This document shows, piece after piece, positions 30,945 to 40,745 of a DNA stretch of 64,000 nt. Made by a program: the position numbers and the translations under genes. Numbering within the stretch: the first letter of the stretch is position 1; each line of letters opens with the position of its first letter. The stretch is from Phycisphaerales bacterium (GTDB lineage: Bacteria; Planctomycetota; Phycisphaerae; WQYP01). Below the pieces are notes generated by a model. The model had not been told where the DNA came from. It made no database searches and worked only from the letters and a program-made list of their open reading frames with translations. The stretch spans positions 15,866 through 79,865 of the forward strand of contig DAIDJN010000042.1 of the NCBI GenBank assembly GCA_027451365.1, written 5' to 3'.

Positions 30945-31877
30945 ATGCTCATGGAAACTCGCCGGTGCAACGATCGCGGCTTTACACTTGTTGAGCTATT
31001 GGTCGTGTTGGCCATCATTGTGCTGCTAATTTCACTTCTGCTGCCCGCATTGGCAGCGAGCCGTGCTGCGGCCAACCGGGTGCGATGTGCGATGAATCTG
31101 CATAACGATGGTGAAGCACTGCAGGTTTACGCAACAATGAGCCACAGCTATTTTCCATACATATACACACGAAACGGCCAAAACAACACGCCAAATTACG
31201 GCGAAAATGGCGGAACATGGCTTTGGGATCTCAATTTTGGAACACGCTACGCGCTTACACAGTGCGGCGCATCAGAGGGGACCATGTATTGCCCTTCAAG
31301 TCCGGAGATAAACACGATTACTCCAGCGACAATGTGGGGCGGTTTTCCGGTGGGTAACCCAATCCCCAGCCAGCCATGGGACACCAACCCCACTCGCGTA
31401 TTTGGCTCCGGCCTTGGCTGCTGTGAAACGACCTATACATGGCTTTTTACGCATGGTCCGACCAATCAATTGCCTCCACAAAGCTGGTTCCAGGGAGAAG
31501 TCTGGAACGGAAGTACGATGACAAGTTGGAACGGTAGAGGACCGCCACCCGGCTATCAGCCACGTGCGAATCAGCCCGCCAGCTTTGATTCCGGCTATTC
31601 GCCGTCGTCAATACCCATCGTTACCGATGCCGTCGTGTATGTTCCTGCTATCAACAGCTTCACTCAGGCCAGCGGATTTTACAGTGGTTTAAGTTCCAAT
31701 CACTTGAATCTGGCCGGAATTGCCGAGGGTGGAAATGAATGCTATATGGACGGTCACGTCAAGTGGGTACCAATTGGCAATCTGGCAAACCTGTCCAATC
31801 TTCAAACACCCGGAGCAATGAAATACCGGATTCAGATGTACGGAAGCGGGTGGTGGGCACCAATATTTATCTATTAG
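30945..31877 (+). CDS. Prepilin-type N-terminal cleavage/methylation protein with C-terminal H-X9-DG-like motif (DUF1559-like)
   Basis: [15 protein letters not shown] class III signal, CAMNL, YCPS, NH...[10 protein letters not shown]. Confidence 0.9.
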   Translation: MLMETRRCNDRGFTLVELLVVLAIIVLLISLLLPALAASRAAANRVRCAMNLHNDGEALQVYATMSHSYFPYIYTRNGQNNTPNYGENGGTWLWDLNFGTRYALTQCGASEGTMYCPSSPEINTITPATMWGGFPVGNPIPSQPWDTNPTRVFGSGLGCCETTYTWLFTHGPTNQLPPQSWFQGEVWNGSTMTSWNGRGPPPGYQPRANQPASFDSGYSPSSIPIVTDAVVYVPAINSFTQASGFYSGLSSNHLNLAGIAEGGNECYMDGHVKWVPIGNLANLSNLQTPGAMKYRIQMYGSGWWAPIFIY

Positions 31878-32143
31878 CGAGCACCCACTGCAGATGCTAT
31901 ACAGACCGGATTTTTTTTCCGACATCGCAACTAACCGTCCTTTTCCATGGCATGGAAATCACGATTTAGGGAATTGACCACTCAACAGTAATTTTGTGGT
32001 AAACCACCAGTCGGATGAAACGCACCGAGGGACCCCGCAATACGCTCCGGCACATAAAATAAATCATGCCGCGCAATCGGCCTCTCCCCAGAATAGCCTT
32101 GATCCAACTGGGGCGTACCACACTCATGGACGCGCGATTACCA

Positions 32144-32344
32144 CTAATGAATGCGAGGTTCGGTCGCGGCCGTTGCGCCGCTGGCATTAAGATACGGGCA
32201 GGCCGAAATGGCCGTACTGCCCGTGCCGCTGCCATAAAGCGTACCGAATGCGACGCTATCGGCGTGGACCGATCCGCCCTGTGGCAACAAGCCCAGCGCG
32301 ACGAACGCGGCCGCAAGAAGCGTGAAAGCAGAACGATTGGTCAT
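32144..32344 (-). pseudogene. Possible truncated secreted-protein gene (signal peptide then early stop)
   Basis: MTNRSAFTLLAAAFVALGLLPQGGSVHA|D signal peptide followed by only about 38 residues. Confidence 0.35.
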
Positions 32345-32466
32345 CTGAAATATTATAAAAAAGCTCGCTGTTTTGCTAAGGTTTCCAAAGATTTATACTG
32401 CGTTCAAATCCTGATCAAATATTTCTGCATATCCGGTGATTAAACATCACCCAGCGGAATCAAAGT

Positions 32467-33417
32467 TCAAATGCTCTGTGAATCCACCTGCCGCTTCCGC
32501 AGCAATATTCCCGTGCCGGCAACAGCCATAATCGCCAGCGCCGACGGTTCGGGCACTGTACTTGAATATGTGAAATTGCTGATTGTTTGCGTGGAATACC
32601 CGCCGCCGGTTCCCCCGGTAAAGCCAACAAAAGCGGAGTCTCCCCCCAGTATTTGGGGCAGATTAATGGCACTCGTGGAAGCCGCAAACACCTCCGAAGG
32701 GTTATTTAAGTCGGTCAATGTTTCCGTGAGGGTTGTACCGTTATAACTTAGCACAACCCCAATCGGGTCACCCGATACCAGCGAAACCGATCCGGTGGTA
32801 ATGCCGGAGTTCGGATCGATAGTCCCGCTGTTTTCAGTACTAACCGCACCGTTGCCATTGCGGAGAAAAAATTCCGCCGCTGCGCTGGGTGTGATGGCCG
32901 TTAAAACCGGCGATCCGGAAGGCGGCTGATTGTTGTTCATCAGCCCATAGCCCAACCCGGCACCTCCTCCACCAATGGCCAAGGTTCCGCGGGAGTCATT
33001 TTGCAATACGAAAGCGAACCCATCAGATGGTCCCAGCGGCGCGAATGAGGTTGGGTCCGTCTGAAACGTGAAGCCAACGGTGAAATGGCTAATGGACTGG
33101 AGCGTATTGAAGAACGCCGCGCGGGCTTCGCCGGCGGCGGCGGTAGTGAGGGTTAATGTCCCGCTGTTGATGGCAGGGTCGTTGTTGTCGGTAATATTAC
33201 CCGAAGAGTCCTGTGTATAGCCGGTCAAGGTGAAGCCCGCGCCATCACCAAATCCTGAAATATCGGCAAAACCGGTACTCGCAACGCTCAGCACGGCTGC
33301 CACCGCTGCACATGCCGCAATAGCCAGACCACGCGGGGGCTTAACCGCTTTCTTAATGACATTCCGATCTGCTGTGCAGACTCCCGAGCTGTCCAGCGCA
33401 ATTTTCTCTTTGGCCAT
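32467..33417 (-). CDS. PEP-CTERM surface protein with legume (L-type) lectin-like domain
   Basis: Signal peptide; LTLT...AAF, DGFAFVLQN, FVGFTGGTGG; C-terminal VPEP + TM + RKR. Confidence 0.9.
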   Translation of the reverse strand: MAKEKIALDSSGVCTADRNVIKKAVKPPRGLAIAACAAVAAVLSVASTGFADISGFGDGAGFTLTGYTQDSSGNITDNNDPAINSGTLTLTTAAAGEARAAFFNTLQSISHFTVGFTFQTDPTSFAPLGPSDGFAFVLQNDSRGTLAIGGGGAGLGYGLMNNNQPPSGSPVLTAITPSAAAEFFLRNGNGAVSTENSGTIDPNSGITTGSVSLVSGDPIGVVLSYNGTTLTETLTDLNNPSEVFAASTSAINLPQILGGDSAFVGFTGGTGGGYSTQTISNFTYSSTVPEPSALAIMAVAGTGILLRKRQVDSQSI

Positions 33418-34164
33418 GATTCTTGCTCCGTAAGACTAGCAATGAAAACTCTCCATCCCTGAATACGCGTCAGGTGATAAAGCAAAGCATATCCCGCCTG
33501 AAAAGTTATGCAATACGTAATTTTGCGTAGTGCTGATCGGAATCGCATTACAAAAACATCGCTTCTGCTGGGATTTTTTGATGGGGCTGGGAAGCGAAAA
33601 AAAAAACTTTTCAGTCAAAAATGCAGATTTTTCTGACCGCCAATTGGACCCGAAATAGGATATATGCACGCATGAGAAGCTCGCCACTTTTGCTACCGCG
33701 TCAGCAGGACGCTATTGTTTTCTACGGTCGCTCCGATTAGCTCACTTTCCAGGCGTCCGGCAGCCAGGTGGCAAGCCGGCCTTTGCAGTATTTATAGATC
33801 GTGGTCTGCTGGCCACATTAAAGATGCGCACGCGGTTAGAGGCCCCAAGGTTCTCGCCACGCGCGGTTCTGGATTAACTTCGCGCGATTCAGATGATTGA
33901 CGCATAGTTTCCGATGACGGACGGTTGACGCCAAGTGATGCCACGCCGTCAAGGGATGATTTGAGCCAAGGGGATGCCTCATTATGTGGCGGGGTACCGT
34001 ACAATTAATCCGCGAAAAGGATATTTCAGGGTGGCCGTCTGGACGTTTTTGCGCAGAATACCTACTATATAGGTCTTACCCAAGGGTCGGGTGCGGATGT
34101 CCGCCCCGTCCGGACTGCGGTGAATCAGGAATTTGAGTCTATTTAACAGGTGCAGGAAGAAATT

Positions 34165-35037
34165 ATGGCGGAAATAAATGCAAAAGATGTAATGGCTCTT
34201 CGTGTGCAAACCAACGCCGGGCTGATGGATGCAAAAAAGGCACTTCAGGAAGCCAATGGCGATATGGCCGTGGCTGTTGAATTACTGCGTAAATGGGGTG
34301 CGGGCAAGGCCGACGCGAAAATGTCCAATGAAATGAAGGAAGGCCTGGTGGCAGGCAAAATAAGCCCGGATGGCTCACTAGGTGTGATGCTTCGTCTAGG
34401 CTGCCAGACCGATTTTGTAGCCCGTAACGATGGCTTTCAGAAATTACTTAACAATCTGGTGGAACTGGCTTTCAGCAACCCGGTTACCACGCCGGCCGAG
34501 CTAGGCGAATTGCCCTATTCAGACGGTTCCGGCCGCACTGTGGCGTCTGTCATAAAGGAACTTATTGGCGGAGCCATCAAGGAAAATATGGCAGTTACCG
34601 GGTTGGCGCGGTTTCAGACCACCACCGGTCAGGTTGGCATGTATGTGCATCACAATTCCAAGGTCGGCACGCTGGTTCAGGTGGATGGCGGCAAGGGACC
34701 GGCCGTACGCGCGCTGATCGGGGAAGTTGCCATGCATGTGACCGCGGGTATGCCCGCGGTGCCTGCGGCGATTTCGCGTGACAAAATAGATCCGGCGATA
34801 GTGGCTCGCGAGAAGGCGGCGGCGGCCGAATCCATTACGGGTAAGCCGGCGAATATTGTGGAAAAAATTGTGGCTGGTCGTCTGGATAAATTCTTTGCGG
34901 AAATTATTCTGCTTGAACAGCCGTTTGTTAAAGATGAGAAAAAGCGGGTCAGCGACCTTCTGAAGGAAACTGGCAAGGCGGCTGGTTGCGAACTGACCAT
35001 CAGTCATTTTGCCCGGTTTAAAGTAGGCGAAATTTAA
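34165..35037 (+). CDS. tsf: Translation elongation factor Ts
   Basis: LRVQTNAGLMDAKKAL, CQTDFVARN, GKPANIVEKI, LLEQPFV. Confidence 0.96.
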   Translation: MAEINAKDVMALRVQTNAGLMDAKKALQEANGDMAVAVELLRKWGAGKADAKMSNEMKEGLVAGKISPDGSLGVMLRLGCQTDFVARNDGFQKLLNNLVELAFSNPVTTPAELGELPYSDGSGRTVASVIKELIGGAIKENMAVTGLARFQTTTGQVGMYVHHNSKVGTLVQVDGGKGPAVRALIGEVAMHVTAGMPAVPAAISRDKIDPAIVAREKAAAAESITGKPANIVEKIVAGRLDKFFAEIILLEQPFVKDEKKRVSDLLKETGKAAGCELTISHFARFKVGEI

Positions 35038-35268
35038 GACCGCGAGAAGCGGAAAACCGCGTAAAAATCCGCAGTTTGTGCCGGCTGACGGATGGCTATT
35101 CTGGATAGAATATGGCGTTTCCGCGGATGGCCGCAGGCCGACATGGGGCGATGCGGATTGGATGTGACGCGGAAAAAATGGCGCTTAACAATGGGCGCGG
35201 TTCGGGAAGCGGTTAATTGTTTTTGGCAGTGCCGCACCTGGCGGTTGACATGCTTTGCGGAGCTTTGA

Positions 35269-36018
35269 ATGTCTGGACCGAAGTACAAGCGCATTTTATT
35301 GAAAATATCGGGTGAAGGGCTTTGCCAGGAAGGCGGCTTCGGGTTCGACAATCAGGAACTTCACGCGATTGCCCACCAAATTGTGCAGGTTGCCCGCAGT
35401 GGCGTGCAGGTGGCTGTGGTCATCGGTGGCGGAAATTTTGTGCGCGGTGAATCACTTGCGGCCAGTGCCCAGGTGCAGCGGTCCACCGCTGATTACATGG
35501 GTATGCTGGCCACGGTTATTAATGCCATGGCCCTGCAGGACACTCTGGAACATCTGGGCCAGCCCACGCGGGTGGCCAGTGCGCTGGCGGTGGTGCAGGT
35601 TTGTGAGCCGTTCATTCGCCGCAAGGTCATCCGTCATCTGGAAAAAGGTCGGGTGGTGGTGCTGGCCGCGGGTACGGGTAATCCATTTTTTACCACTGAT
35701 ACCTGCGCAGCTTTGCGGGCCACGGAACTCCAGGCCGATGTGCTGCTAAAGGCGACCAAGGTGGATGGCGTGTATGACAGTGATCCGAAAAAGAATCCGG
35801 CGGCCAAACGGCTGGATCGGCTAACCTACCGGCAGGTTATCACGGACAATTTACGCGTGATGGACATGACGGCCATATCTCTGGCCATGGAAAGTAAAAT
35901 TCCAATCATTGTGTTCAACTTGAAAAAGAACGGCAACATTGCGCGGGTCGTGGCCGGGGAGTCCATTGGCACGCTTATTTACGATGAGGGTCGAACATTA
36001 GGCCCGGTCGCGGTCTGA
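35269..36018 (+). CDS. pyrH: UMP kinase
   Basis: LLKISGE, GGGNFVRG, DYMGMLAT, GNPFFTTD, KVDGVYDSDP. Confidence 0.97.
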   Translation: MSGPKYKRILLKISGEGLCQEGGFGFDNQELHAIAHQIVQVARSGVQVAVVIGGGNFVRGESLAASAQVQRSTADYMGMLATVINAMALQDTLEHLGQPTRVASALAVVQVCEPFIRRKVIRHLEKGRVVVLAAGTGNPFFTTDTCAALRATELQADVLLKATKVDGVYDSDPKKNPAAKRLDRLTYRQVITDNLRVMDMTAISLAMESKIPIIVFNLKKNGNIARVVAGESIGTLIYDEGRTLGPVAV

Positions 36019-36106
36019 CGGCAAACACGTGGTGTTGCCGGTGATGGGCGGCGATGGAACAGGTTTTGCCGCCGGCAACATAAACGCGATATACAGGAGA
36101 ATAAAC

Positions 36107-36667
36107 ATGCCTATAGATGAAATACTTTTTGAAGCCGAAGCAAGCATGGAAAAGGCGATTGACCATTTGCGCCACGAATTGCGCGGCCTGCGCACCGGAC
36201 GGGCAAGTACATCGCTGGTGGAATATATAAAGGTGGATTATTACGGAACTCCAACGGACCTTCGCGCATTGGCTTCGCTGACCACTCCGGATGCCAGTTC
36301 GATTATCATTAAGCCGTTTGATCCGGGAAGTTTAAAGGATATTGTGAAAGCATTGGAGGCGGCCAATCTGGGAATTAACCCGATCAGTGACGGCAAACAG
36401 GTGCGACTGGTATTGCCGCCGCTGTCGGGTGAACGTCGCCAGCAGTTGCTGGGCAAGGTCAAAGAGGTGGCGGAGCATTGCCGCATTGCGATGCGCAATA
36501 TCCGTCGCGACGCCAATAAAGGTGTGGAGGCCGAGGAAAAGGAATCATCGCTTCCAGAAGATCAGGTCAAAAGTGCCCGCGATGATATTCAGGAACTGTT
36601 GAAGAGATTTGAGGTTAAGGTGGATGAAATTGTGGCCACCAAACAGACTGAAATAAGTTCAGTCTGA
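36107..36667 (+). CDS. frr: Ribosome recycling factor
   Basis: LRTGRA, VDYYG, PPLSGERR, RNIRRD; AGGAG RBS. Confidence 0.96.
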   Translation: MPIDEILFEAEASMEKAIDHLRHELRGLRTGRASTSLVEYIKVDYYGTPTDLRALASLTTPDASSIIIKPFDPGSLKDIVKALEAANLGINPISDGKQVRLVLPPLSGERRQQLLGKVKEVAEHCRIAMRNIRRDANKGVEAEEKESSLPEDQVKSARDDIQELLKRFEVKVDEIVATKQTEISSV

Positions 36668-36754
36668 ACAGGCTCTGTACCGGAAGTGTAGCCGGGTGCG
36701 CACCTGGTTCTCCCGTTGGAAACAGAACAAAAGAAACTGACTCGGTTGATCCAG

Positions 36755-36997
36755 TCAGGGCGGATCATGAATTTCGGGATTCAGTTGAATCTGGCGATCT
36801 TCAATAGATTGATCATCCGACGGATCCAGCGGGCGCGACGTGTTGTATTTTCCATCCAGCCAGTTGCCGAGGTCCAGGAGGCGGCACTTGTCTGAACAGA
36901 ATGGAAACGCGGGTTCCTGAACGTTGGCAACCGCCTTTTTACAGATGGGACAGCGAAAGCCACCGGAATGCTGGGAAGGACCGGCCTGTTTCATCAT
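36755..36997 (-). CDS. yacG: DNA gyrase inhibitor YacG
   Basis: CPIC...FPFCSDKCRLLDLGNWLDGKY; GAGG RBS. Confidence 0.9.
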   Translation of the reverse strand: MMKQAGPSQHSGGFRCPICKKAVANVQEPAFPFCSDKCRLLDLGNWLDGKYNTSRPLDPSDDQSIEDRQIQLNPEIHDPP

Positions 36998-37411
36998 AAC
37001 CTCTTTTTTATCGAACTTTGCCGCCTTTCGCGAGTGTTTTGGCAACCATCCATAATCCGCCTCAGGCGTGGCATATTTTACCAAAATCAACGGGTAGCGC
37101 AATATGGCGGGGCATTTTTAATTTGCGGACGATCGCGACCGCCTGATCGTTGGAAAATCACTCCTCAGGAATGGTACCGCAATTACCTCCCGATTTGCAC
37201 TGCAATCGGATGGTCTATTGTGAGGGTTCTACCACTGACAAGCTGGCGGCTATGTGAAATATAGCGCTCCATTTTTGACGCCTCGTGGTTCCGGCCTATT
37301 CCAATTGGAAAAATTATTCCGGCCCGGTTCCTTGGCGCCTTAGGTGCGACAGCAGAAGGTCAAAACTAGGGGAACACGCCCCTTTATGTCGCCGGTTGAA
37401 GCGTGCGTAAT

Positions 37412-37440
37412 AAAAAAAGTCGGCAGTATAAGGCCGACCT
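37412..37440 (-). terminator. Rho-independent terminator
   Basis: Minus strand GTCGGC-CTTATACT-GCCGAC followed by T7. Confidence 0.75.
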
Positions 37441-37458
37441 TGAATGGGGCAATAATAA

Positions 37459-37640
37459 AGCCACCGCGTGTGTGGAAAGCGACCGTGAGCCGCCTGTCTG
37501 CACCGCCAACCGTATGGGCGCTTGTCATAGCGACTCAGGGCCACTTAGCGGTCGCGTTCGGATTGGCCAATCAAGGCCGCGTCAAAGACGCATCGTACGA
37601 ACCCGTACAAGACAATCCACAGATGCGACCTGCGGTGGCT
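37459..37640 (-). ncRNA. Candidate structured ncRNA of about 180 nt (6S-like size, ends pair)
   Basis: AGCCACCGC/GCGGTGGCT terminal stem plus nested TGTGGA/TCCACA and TTGTCT(T)GTAC/GTGCAGACAG helices; TTGCTT-16-TACACT promoter upstream and terminator downstream. Confidence 0.55.
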
Positions 37641-37849
37641 ACATTTATCAGTGTATCCATAAAATCTGACAAAGCAAGAAAAAAGAATAATTTTTTTTCG
37701 GGTCCAATTTCGGTGGCCGAAGTGACCGGAATTCCGTCAATTGATTGCAATGAAAAAAGGCTTTTGCAGTCGCCACCCCCGATCCCGGGGGCGGCTAAGC
37801 AAGTGGATAATTTTTAATTTTCGTTCAGCAGGGCACGGCAAAGTGAAAC

Positions 37850-38737
37850 TCAGTCGCAATTCGACGATTCCGGCGGCAGGCGGATATCGTGACCATGGGC
37901 CGCAATGTCGGAATCCAGATCGATGGCCGGAGGTTGATCAATCCGGGTAAAGGCAAGATACCGCACCAGGCAGGCAATGGTGACCAGGAACAGGGCGCTG
38001 GTTTTGACGGTCCCCAAGCCGAATCCGCCGACCGAGTGATGCTGGGAAAGCAGGTCACCAAGGGATGCGCCCAGCGGCCGGGTGAGGATATAGGCAATCC
38101 AAAACGCCGCCACGGCGTTGAGTTTGAAAAAATAATGAGCGATTGCCACCAGGCCGATGGCTCCGGCGAAAATGAATGTGGAATTCAAATATCCCCATTT
38201 TAAACCTTCTGAAAGCAGGTCCCCGCCGGACGTTCCCAGCGCAAAGGTGAAAAGAATGGTCAGCCAGTAAAATGTTTCACGGCGTGTGGTAAAAATGGTG
38301 TGAATGGAAAGCGTTCTTTCGCGAAAATACCAAATGCTGAACGTCGCGACCAGAGCGATAGAAAACAGAGTTGTGGTTACCTGCAGGGGAACGCCAAGAT
38401 TGTCCACCAGGTTATCGCTGATAAGCGTTCCGACGATGCTTATCAATACCACAACCAGCCAATAGATGGATGGAATATATTTTTTGGCGCGAAACTGGAA
38501 GAACATGACAACCAGCAGCACCATCGCCATAACCAGTCCTGTGTACCCTTCCCCAAGCTTTAATTTTTCACTAAGCAGGTCGGCCGCGGTTTCGCCCACA
38601 GTGGTGGCCAGTACCTTAATAATCCAGAACAAAATGGTGACCTCGGGCACCTTGTTCAACATGTGTTGGCCGTTGGCGGGCCTCATCGGGGCCCGGGTGA
38701 TTTCATGGTGTTTTTGTTGAATTCTATGCAGATTCAT
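37850..38737 (-). CDS. COG4705/DUF347-repeat membrane protein
   Basis: NKVPEVTILFWIIKVLATTVGETAAD; repeated YW...GT..D units; LTRPLGASLGD. Confidence 0.88.
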   Translation of the reverse strand: MNLHRIQQKHHEITRAPMRPANGQHMLNKVPEVTILFWIIKVLATTVGETAADLLSEKLKLGEGYTGLVMAMVLLVVMFFQFRAKKYIPSIYWLVVVLISIVGTLISDNLVDNLGVPLQVTTTLFSIALVATFSIWYFRERTLSIHTIFTTRRETFYWLTILFTFALGTSGGDLLSEGLKWGYLNSTFIFAGAIGLVAIAHYFFKLNAVAAFWIAYILTRPLGASLGDLLSQHHSVGGFGLGTVKTSALFLVTIACLVRYLAFTRIDQPPAIDLDSDIAAHGHDIRLPPESSNCD

Positions 38738-38974
38738 GCGACAGCATCCTTTTTGGGATGAAAAAAAGCAGTGGGCCGGGCGTCAACGAAATAACTGGCA
38801 CCTTACTGCGGCTTCCATGTCGTTTAACCCATCAGGGCGGCATATTACCGGTCAAACATGAAATGCCGATGAAATTAAGTCAAATTTAGAAAAATATTTT
38901 TCGCGGACACCAAAAGGCATGGGGCTTCAAGGGCCGGAATGCGGCATAAAAAGGCAAACGATTGGGCGGGCAGA

Positions 38975-40444
38975 TTAAAATTCGCGTCGGCGGCGGGCGG
39001 GAGCTATTTTGCAGAGTTTGCGGTATTTGGCTACGGTGCGGCGCGCGAGCGTGATTCCCTGTTCCTTCAGTTTGTCTACAAGGTCATCGTCGCTGAGTGG
39101 ATTTTTTTTATCTTCGTGTTCAATCAGGTCGAGCAGGCGGGCTTTTACCGCATCCCAGCTCATGGATTCACCCGCGGCGTTTTCCATGCCACCGGTGAAA
39201 AACTGGCGCAGTGGAAATACACCACGGGGCGTCTGGATATGCTTTTCCGCCACCGCCCGGCTGACGGTCGCCACGTGAATGCCAAGCTGGTCGGCGACAC
39301 TGGTCATGGGCAGAGGTTTAAGGTGTTCGGGACCAAAGTCGATAAAATCCCGTTGCCGATCCACCACAACGCGCAGCACCCTTAACAGGGTATTGCGCCG
39401 CTGGGCGATGGAGTCAATCAGCCAGCGGGCATTGCGAATATTTCCGGAAAGGAACTGTCGTGTTTTGGTGTCGACAGCTTTGGTACGGGCCATTCTGGTA
39501 TAGACGTCGTTTATGCACAGGCGTGGAATGCGGTCGTCAGTCAGCCGAATGGTATATTCGCCGGTCTGGTCGTCAAGTTCGATAATCGCATCTGGCGTGA
39601 TTGCGGGCACTGGGGCACTGACCAACAGACGACCGGGGCGCGGGGTTAAATGTCGGGCCATAAATGCCCGCGCCTGGTTGATCTGTTCCAGCGAATAACC
39701 GGACTTGCGGGCAATCTGCGGCAGCCGGTTCATTTCCAGGTCTTCTAAATGATGACTCACCAGTTCCCGTGGAATAGTCAGGTCCGGAGCACCATTCTCA
39801 CGCGCCAGGGCGTCCAACTGCAACAACAGGCATTCCTGCATGTTGCGGGCACAGATTCCAGGCGGTTCGAGCCTTTTTTGTAGAAGTGTAATCGCCATCT
39901 CCACATCATCCCGGCGAACGCCAGCAGGTAGCTGTCGGCATATCGTATCCATACTGTCGCGGATGAATCCATCCTCATCTACCCAGTCGATCAGGACGCG
40001 GCCGGCGGCCATAGTGGCTTCATCCATGTCCAGCAGGTTCCATTGGCTTAAGAGTTCTTCCTCCAGGGAAGCACTGCGGGCGGCGGCATTGGCCATCGCT
40101 TCCATTTTGGGGTCGCGGCCATCTTCGCCGCGATTTATTTTGCCAATACGATTGCCGAACAGCCCATCTTCCCAGCCCAGGTCGGGTGGTGTTTCAATGC
40201 TGGCGGGTGCTTCTTCAGTTGGGGGCGAGGATTCGGCAGGCATCCCGGCGACGGTGGTATTGTCTGGTCCGGAGTCATAGGGGGAATCGAGTTTTTCCAG
40301 AACCGGGTTCGCGGAAAGTTCTTCATCGATCCGTTCTTCGAGTTCCATGATGGACAACTGCAAGATTTCCATGGATTGAATCATCCGCGGGACCAGCTTC
40401 ATCTGCTGGTTCATTCGCATGTTCATGGACGAGTCAAAACGCAT
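38975..40444 (-). CDS. rpoN: RNA polymerase sigma-54 factor
   Basis: Gln/Leu-rich region I, NPVLE, LEPPGICAR, HVATVSRAV HTH, ARRTVAKYR RpoN box. Confidence 0.97.
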   Translation of the reverse strand: MRFDSSMNMRMNQQMKLVPRMIQSMEILQLSIMELEERIDEELSANPVLEKLDSPYDSGPDNTTVAGMPAESSPPTEEAPASIETPPDLGWEDGLFGNRIGKINRGEDGRDPKMEAMANAAARSASLEEELLSQWNLLDMDEATMAAGRVLIDWVDEDGFIRDSMDTICRQLPAGVRRDDVEMAITLLQKRLEPPGICARNMQECLLLQLDALARENGAPDLTIPRELVSHHLEDLEMNRLPQIARKSGYSLEQINQARAFMARHLTPRPGRLLVSAPVPAITPDAIIELDDQTGEYTIRLTDDRIPRLCINDVYTRMARTKAVDTKTRQFLSGNIRNARWLIDSIAQRRNTLLRVLRVVVDRQRDFIDFGPEHLKPLPMTSVADQLGIHVATVSRAVAEKHIQTPRGVFPLRQFFTGGMENAAGESMSWDAVKARLLDLIEHEDKKNPLSDDDLVDKLKEQGITLARRTVAKYRKLCKIAPARRRREF

Positions 40445-40485
40445 CAGGCGTACCCATGTCTCTAAAAACCGTGGCTCCGCTGGCA

Positions 40486-40501
40486 AGCAACTGGCGTGCC
40501 A
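40486..40501 (-). promoter_or_regulatory. Consensus sigma-54 binding site upstream of rpoN
   Basis: Minus strand TGGCACGCCAGTTGCT is an exact TGGCAC-N5-TTGCW match about 42 nt before the rpoN ATG. Confidence 0.75.
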
Positions 40502-40745
40502 AATCTGTCGTAAGTATAACGTACATTCGAAAATTTTGCAGATTTCCGGGATTAGATCGTCAGATTTTTAATCAATATGGCGGTGCGACAGGCGATATTC
40601 GACCGTATTCGGGGCCACGCTGGCCACCGGCAGAACGGGCGGCATTTTTCTTTTGCGCCCAGAAGGTAGAATATGCCACGCTTCGGCCGTCGCGGCCGGA
40701 CGATAGCTATTGGAATCTGACAGGTGATTCCGACTGAACAGGCAG

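Noticed and set aside
36668..36720. CAGG...CCGGAAG...TAGCC tract after frr, faintly SRP-RNA-like
   Set aside because: It lacks the conserved CAGG-GNRA-AGCA helix 8 symmetry and a long closing stem.
38796..38810. TGGCACCTTACTGC sigma-54-like motif on the + strand
   Set aside because: The -12 element is imperfect and mis-spaced, and no + strand gene lies downstream.
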